10,902 nucleotides of DNA from Microcoleus sp. SU_5_3 (lineage in GTDB: Bacteria > Cyanobacteriota > Cyanobacteriia > Cyanobacteriales > Microcoleaceae): NCBI GenBank assembly GCA_012030835.1, contig JAAUVD010000242.1, positions 1-10,902 on the forward strand, in the 5' to 3' direction. Under the pieces are notes generated by a model. The model did not search any database. It was not told the DNA's origin and saw only the letters and a program-made list of their open reading frames with translations. Position 1 is the stretch's first letter, and each line of letters begins with the position of its first letter. This document shows, piece by piece, positions 7,984 through 10,902 of the stretch. A program made the position numbers and the translations under genes.

Positions 7984-7984
7984 A

Positions 7985-8088
7985 ATTAGTCATTGGTCAT
8001 TAGCTATTAGTCATTAGTTATTAGTTAACAATGCCCAATGCCCAATGCCCAATGCCCATGCCCAATGCCAATTCCCAATTCCCTACTG
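7985..8088. repeat. 104-bp array of heptamer repeats: ATTAGTN x6 followed by CCCAATG-family x8 (STRR-like)
   Basis: Strict 7-nt periodicity: attagtc attggtc attagct attagtc attagtt attagtt aacaatg cccaatg cccaatg cccaatg cccatg cccaatg ccaattc ccaattc cctactg. It sits between the stop of 7663..7983 and the ATG at 8090. Confidence 0.85.
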
Positions 8089-8089
8089 A

Positions 8090-8884
8090 ATGTTTTTATT
8101 TCTGTCAAAACTGCTGCCGCTGTTTATTTATCCTTTAGGCTTAAGTTGCCTATTAATGATTGCGGCTTTAATCACTTTGTGGAAGCGTCCTCAATGGGTG
8201 GCGCTGCCAATTGCTACTGCCCTAATTATTTTACTACTTGGCAGTAGCGGTTGGGTGTCAAAATCCTTAGTTCGATCGCTCGAATGGCAAAATCTACCAC
8301 CCGCTCAATTCCCCCAAGCTGAAGCTATTATTGTCTTGGGCGGTGGAGTCAAATCAGCCTCGCCACCCCGAAGTTGGGTAGAATTGAATGAAGCGGGCGA
8401 TCGTATTATCTACGCTTCCCGACTGTATCGTCAAGGTAAAGCACCCGTGTTAATTCTCAGTGGCGGTAGAGTAGATTGGAAAGGTGGAGGCACTCCCGAA
8501 TCAGCAGACATGGCAGAAATTGCCCAAACTCTTGGCGTACCAGCATCCGCAATTCTCGAAGATCCCGATTCACACAACACTCATCAAAATGCCGTTAATG
8601 TTGGTAAAATCTTAGATGCCAAAGGTATCAAAGGATCGGTATTGCTAGTAACATCTGCGATGCACATGACGCGATCGCTCTTAATCTTCCAACGTCAGGG
8701 AATCAAAGTAATTGCTGCACCCACAGACTTTCAGATAACCCAACAGGAGATTGAAGCATCCCAAAGAAATTGGCAAGCAGCAGCACTAGATTTTTTGCCA
8801 GATACTTATTATTTACACCAATCAACTAAAGCCTTAAAAGAATACATTGGTTTAATTGTATATCGCCTGCGGGGATGGCTTTGA
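8090..8884 (+). CDS. YdcF/DUF218 family protein (ElyC/SanA-like), N-terminal membrane segments
   Basis: 264 aa. The N-terminus is hydrophobic. The DUF218-like core contains IIVLGGG...DRIIYASRLY..GKAPVLILSGG...NTHQNA...LLVTSAMHMTRS. The ATG immediately follows the heptamer array. Confidence 0.8.
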   Translation: MFLFLSKLLPLFIYPLGLSCLLMIAALITLWKRPQWVALPIATALIILLLGSSGWVSKSLVRSLEWQNLPPAQFPQAEAIIVLGGGVKSASPPRSWVELNEAGDRIIYASRLYRQGKAPVLILSGGRVDWKGGGTPESADMAEIAQTLGVPASAILEDPDSHNTHQNAVNVGKILDAKGIKGSVLLVTSAMHMTRSLLIFQRQGIKVIAAPTDFQITQQEIEASQRNWQAAALDFLPDTYYLHQSTKALKEYIGLIVYRLRGWL

Positions 8885-8959
8885 ACAATTTTAGATTTTG
8901 GATTGAATCCAAGATTTAGGCACGGGGATTAAAAAATTCTAGACTAAATTTGGTAAGAC

Positions 8960-9022
8960 GTAGGGTGCGTCAGTTGAGAAACCTGAACTTGTCGTACTAA
9001 ACTCTAGACTGACGCACCTTAC
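8960..9022. repeat. Single-copy inverted-repeat element: 14-bp arms gtagggtgcgtcag / ctgacgcaccttac (13/14 complementary) around a 35-nt loop
   Basis: Read directly from the sequence. The arms share the GGTGCGTC/GACGCACC core with the 74-bp tandem units at 10706+. tctagact occurs at 8938-8945 and again at 9003-9010, just before the right arm. Confidence 0.7.
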
Positions 9023-9083
9023 AAGCTACACGATCGCCATTAATGTAATACAATATAGTTATTAAAGTAATTACAGCAAATAT

Positions 9084-9338
9084 TTGCTACATTCGCCCCA
9101 AACAATCATGTTGCCCCACGAGTTGCAAAACATTGTCCCCGAACCGACGCCAACGGCCGAAATTTTTCAGAGACACCAAATTGTCCGCGAGTTTTACGAC
9201 GAAGTTAAGTATCGTCAAGAATTTGAACTTTATTGTCAATGGTATTATGCTACAGCCAAGCAACATCAACAGGAATTGCAGAAAATGCAAGGAGATTTAA
9301 ACATCTTCGCTTGGTTCCGTCGCGGACATAAAAATTAA
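9084..9338 (+). CDS. Small hypothetical protein; 84 aa from a TTG start at 9084, 76 aa if the first ATG at 9108 is the real start
   Basis: ORF with no recognisable motifs, in an intergenic context. The stop is followed by caattgacagtt, the same heptamer motif that follows CDS 5884..7434. Confidence 0.35.
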   Translation: MLHSPQTIMLPHELQNIVPEPTPTAEIFQRHQIVREFYDEVKYRQEFELYCQWYYATAKQHQQELQKMQGDLNIFAWFRRGHKN

Positions 9339-9546
9339 ACAATTGACAGTTAAATTAAATCGAAATCCTCAGACAGTCCTTCAATCTGTTGAAACAATCA
9401 GAAATCGTCTTAAAAATCCCCCTCAAACCTTCAACAGTTATAGAACCGATTTGACATCTTTTCTTGAACAAGAAAGGCAGATCGATCGGCCGTCTGGCAT
9501 AAGTCAATGGTAAAATTTTTCAAGAAATGGATTTACCGAAATTTTT

Positions 9547-10656
9547 ATGAATAGAAAATGGTCGAGGAAAAACTTATTTCGATCGCACAACTTCTGGATA
9601 ATTGTGCTAGTTGTGGTCATCTCTAGGATTGCCTTACATTCGCAGCTTGACGAGTGGATTGGCGTAGCGCCACCTTCAGCACCAATCGAACGTCTCGCAA
9701 TCGTCACCACCATGACGCGGGAAGCGCAACAAATTTTCTACCGGCAAACTCCAACGATCGAACCCAAGCAAACCTTCTTTAAAGTCTGTCAAACAAAGGA
9801 AAAGCTGAACGATACCTTAATTATGTTTGGATGCTATATGACCAACGGTAAATCCGGCAAAATTGCGATTCAGTCGATTACAGACGATCGATTTCAAGGC
9901 GTGATGGAAGTGACAGCAGCCCATGAAATGCTCCATGCCGCTTACAATCGCCTCAGTCCATCGGATCGCGACAAGCTAACACCCCAACTCAAACAAGCTG
10001 CTTTGCAAATCAAAAACGATCGCTTGTCTAGAATATTGAAGGAATACAAGCAAAAGGATATTGCTTTGTATGTTAACGAATTGCACTCGTATCTGGGGAC
10101 AGAACTTGGCTATCTCGGCGATGTCGAACTCGAAAAATACTATCAGCGTTACTTTCGCGATCGCCAACAAGTGGTAAAGCTAGCCGATCGATCTCAAGAG
10201 AGCGTGCGAAAATTAGATGAGAAATCCCAGCAACTCAAACCTGAAATTGAGACATTAGAAGCAAGTCTCGCACAAACCAAGCAAACAATCAAGGAGCACG
10301 ATCTCGAACTCGGATCGAAGCAACGCAATCTAGATGCACTGCAATTGGATTTAATCCGTTTTAAGGAACAAGCTGAAGAATCTTACCGACAGGGTAACGG
10401 CTCTCCAGAAAAGGTGTTTCAGTTTGAACAAAAGAAATCTGATTACAATCAAAAAGTGCAAGAATTTAACGATCTAGTGCGCCAAAAGAAGGAGCGTGTT
10501 GCTGGTTTTCAACAGCAATTCGATATTTACAAGCAGAAAGTGAACGATTACAATGCAATTGCTCGTGAAGAAAAAGCCCTCTTCACCAATCTCAAAGCTA
10601 CCCCACCAGCCAAGCCCGAAGCCCCAGCCGGCGATGATTCCCATCTTGCCAACTGA
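9547..10656 (+). CDS. Membrane-anchored hypothetical protein with HExxH motif (HEMLH) and long C-terminal coiled coil; Pro-rich tail
   Basis: 369 aa. The N-terminal TM segment is FWIIVLVVVISRIAL. TAAHEMLHAAY could be a zinc-metallopeptidase-type HExxH. Residues ~200-340 are heptad-rich charged sequence. The tail is ATPPAKPEAPAGDD. Confidence 0.6.
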   Translation: MNRKWSRKNLFRSHNFWIIVLVVVISRIALHSQLDEWIGVAPPSAPIERLAIVTTMTREAQQIFYRQTPTIEPKQTFFKVCQTKEKLNDTLIMFGCYMTNGKSGKIAIQSITDDRFQGVMEVTAAHEMLHAAYNRLSPSDRDKLTPQLKQAALQIKNDRLSRILKEYKQKDIALYVNELHSYLGTELGYLGDVELEKYYQRYFRDRQQVVKLADRSQESVRKLDEKSQQLKPEIETLEASLAQTKQTIKEHDLELGSKQRNLDALQLDLIRFKEQAEESYRQGNGSPEKVFQFEQKKSDYNQKVQEFNDLVRQKKERVAGFQQQFDIYKQKVNDYNAIAREEKALFTNLKATPPAKPEAPAGDDSHLAN

Positions 10657-10705
10657 TATCATGTCGGGTAGATTACCCTTTTATAATCTCGTAAATGTAG
10701 TAAAT

Positions 10706-10902
10706 GTAGGGTGCGTCGCCACGAACAACTTTCGTTACTATTGGGAAATATCCTAGCGACGCACCATACCAATTATCATGTAGGGTGCGTCGCCACAAAC
10801 AACTCTCGTTACTATTGGGAGATCTCCTAGCGACGCACCACCCCAATTATCATGTAGGGTGCGTCGCCACAAACAACTCTCGTTACTATTGGAGCATCGA
10901 TC
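10706..10902. repeat. Tandem array (2.7 copies, runs off the window edge) of a 74-bp unit, each carrying the inverted repeat ggtgcgtcgc ... gcgacgcacc
   Basis: Unit starts (gtagg) fall at 10706, 10780 and 10854. Units differ at about 6 of 74 positions spread across the unit. The perfect 10-bp arms extend to 13 bp with one mismatch and are separated by a 37-nt loop. The array is preceded by gtaaatgta x2. Confidence 0.8.

Noticed and set aside
8038-8247. 69-aa + strand ORF starting inside the CCCAATG heptamer array
   Set aside because: Its N-terminus is a translated repeat (MPNAQCPCPMPIPN). It runs out of frame across the start of the YdcF-like gene, whose DUF218 core supports the other frame.
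9087-10756. Small ORFs 9087..9290 (-), 9504..9713 (-), 9976..10170 (-), 10474..10662 (-) and 10553..10756 (+)
   Set aside because: They are antisense or alternative-frame overlaps of the better-supported + strand ORFs. The last one runs into the 74-bp tandem repeat.
10706-10902. Possibility that the 74-bp periodic array is a CRISPR locus
   Set aside because: The entire 74-bp unit is conserved between copies, with scattered SNPs. There are no unique spacer segments between conserved repeats, and no cas genes lie within the window. It is better explained as tandem amplification of an inverted-repeat element.
1-10902. Search for tRNA/rRNA genes, transposases or integrases, and phage genes
   Set aside because: I saw no tRNA-like T-arm or anticodon-arm signature and no rRNA-like conserved stretch. 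No ORF has transposase, integrase or recombinase motifs, and the dispersed repeats have no associated ORFs.

Overview
This 10.9 kb window looks like chromosome from a filamentous cyanobacterium. Several perfect HIP1 octamers (GCGATCGC) and many heptanucleotide STRR-like tandem repeats support that origin. I call eight coding regions. The standout is a full-length, strongly eukaryote-like major vault protein (MVP) homolog of 887 aa on the minus strand, carrying all the hallmark MVP repeat motifs, a shoulder region and a cap-helix coiled coil. Downstream of it, on the opposite strand and convergent, is a hypothetical protein with a 15-nt in-frame tandem repeat (Pro/Ala/Val-rich linker) and a duplicated C-terminal motif. 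Upstream on the same strand is a PfkB-family sugar/adenosine kinase. After that come a divergent two-domain kinase (APH-like N-terminus plus P-loop C-terminus), a small two-TM protein, a YdcF/DUF218 protein, a small hypothetical ORF, and a membrane-anchored HExxH plus coiled-coil protein. Non-coding features are a (CTT)n polypyrimidine tract at the 5' end, a pair of ~50-bp direct repeats in the MVP upstream region, and heptamer repeat arrays that contain a stop codon and a start codon. There is also a family of GTAGGGTGCGTC...GACGCACC inverted-repeat elements, one single copy plus a 74-bp tandem array that runs off the 3' window edge. No tRNA, rRNA, transposase or CRISPR array is evident.
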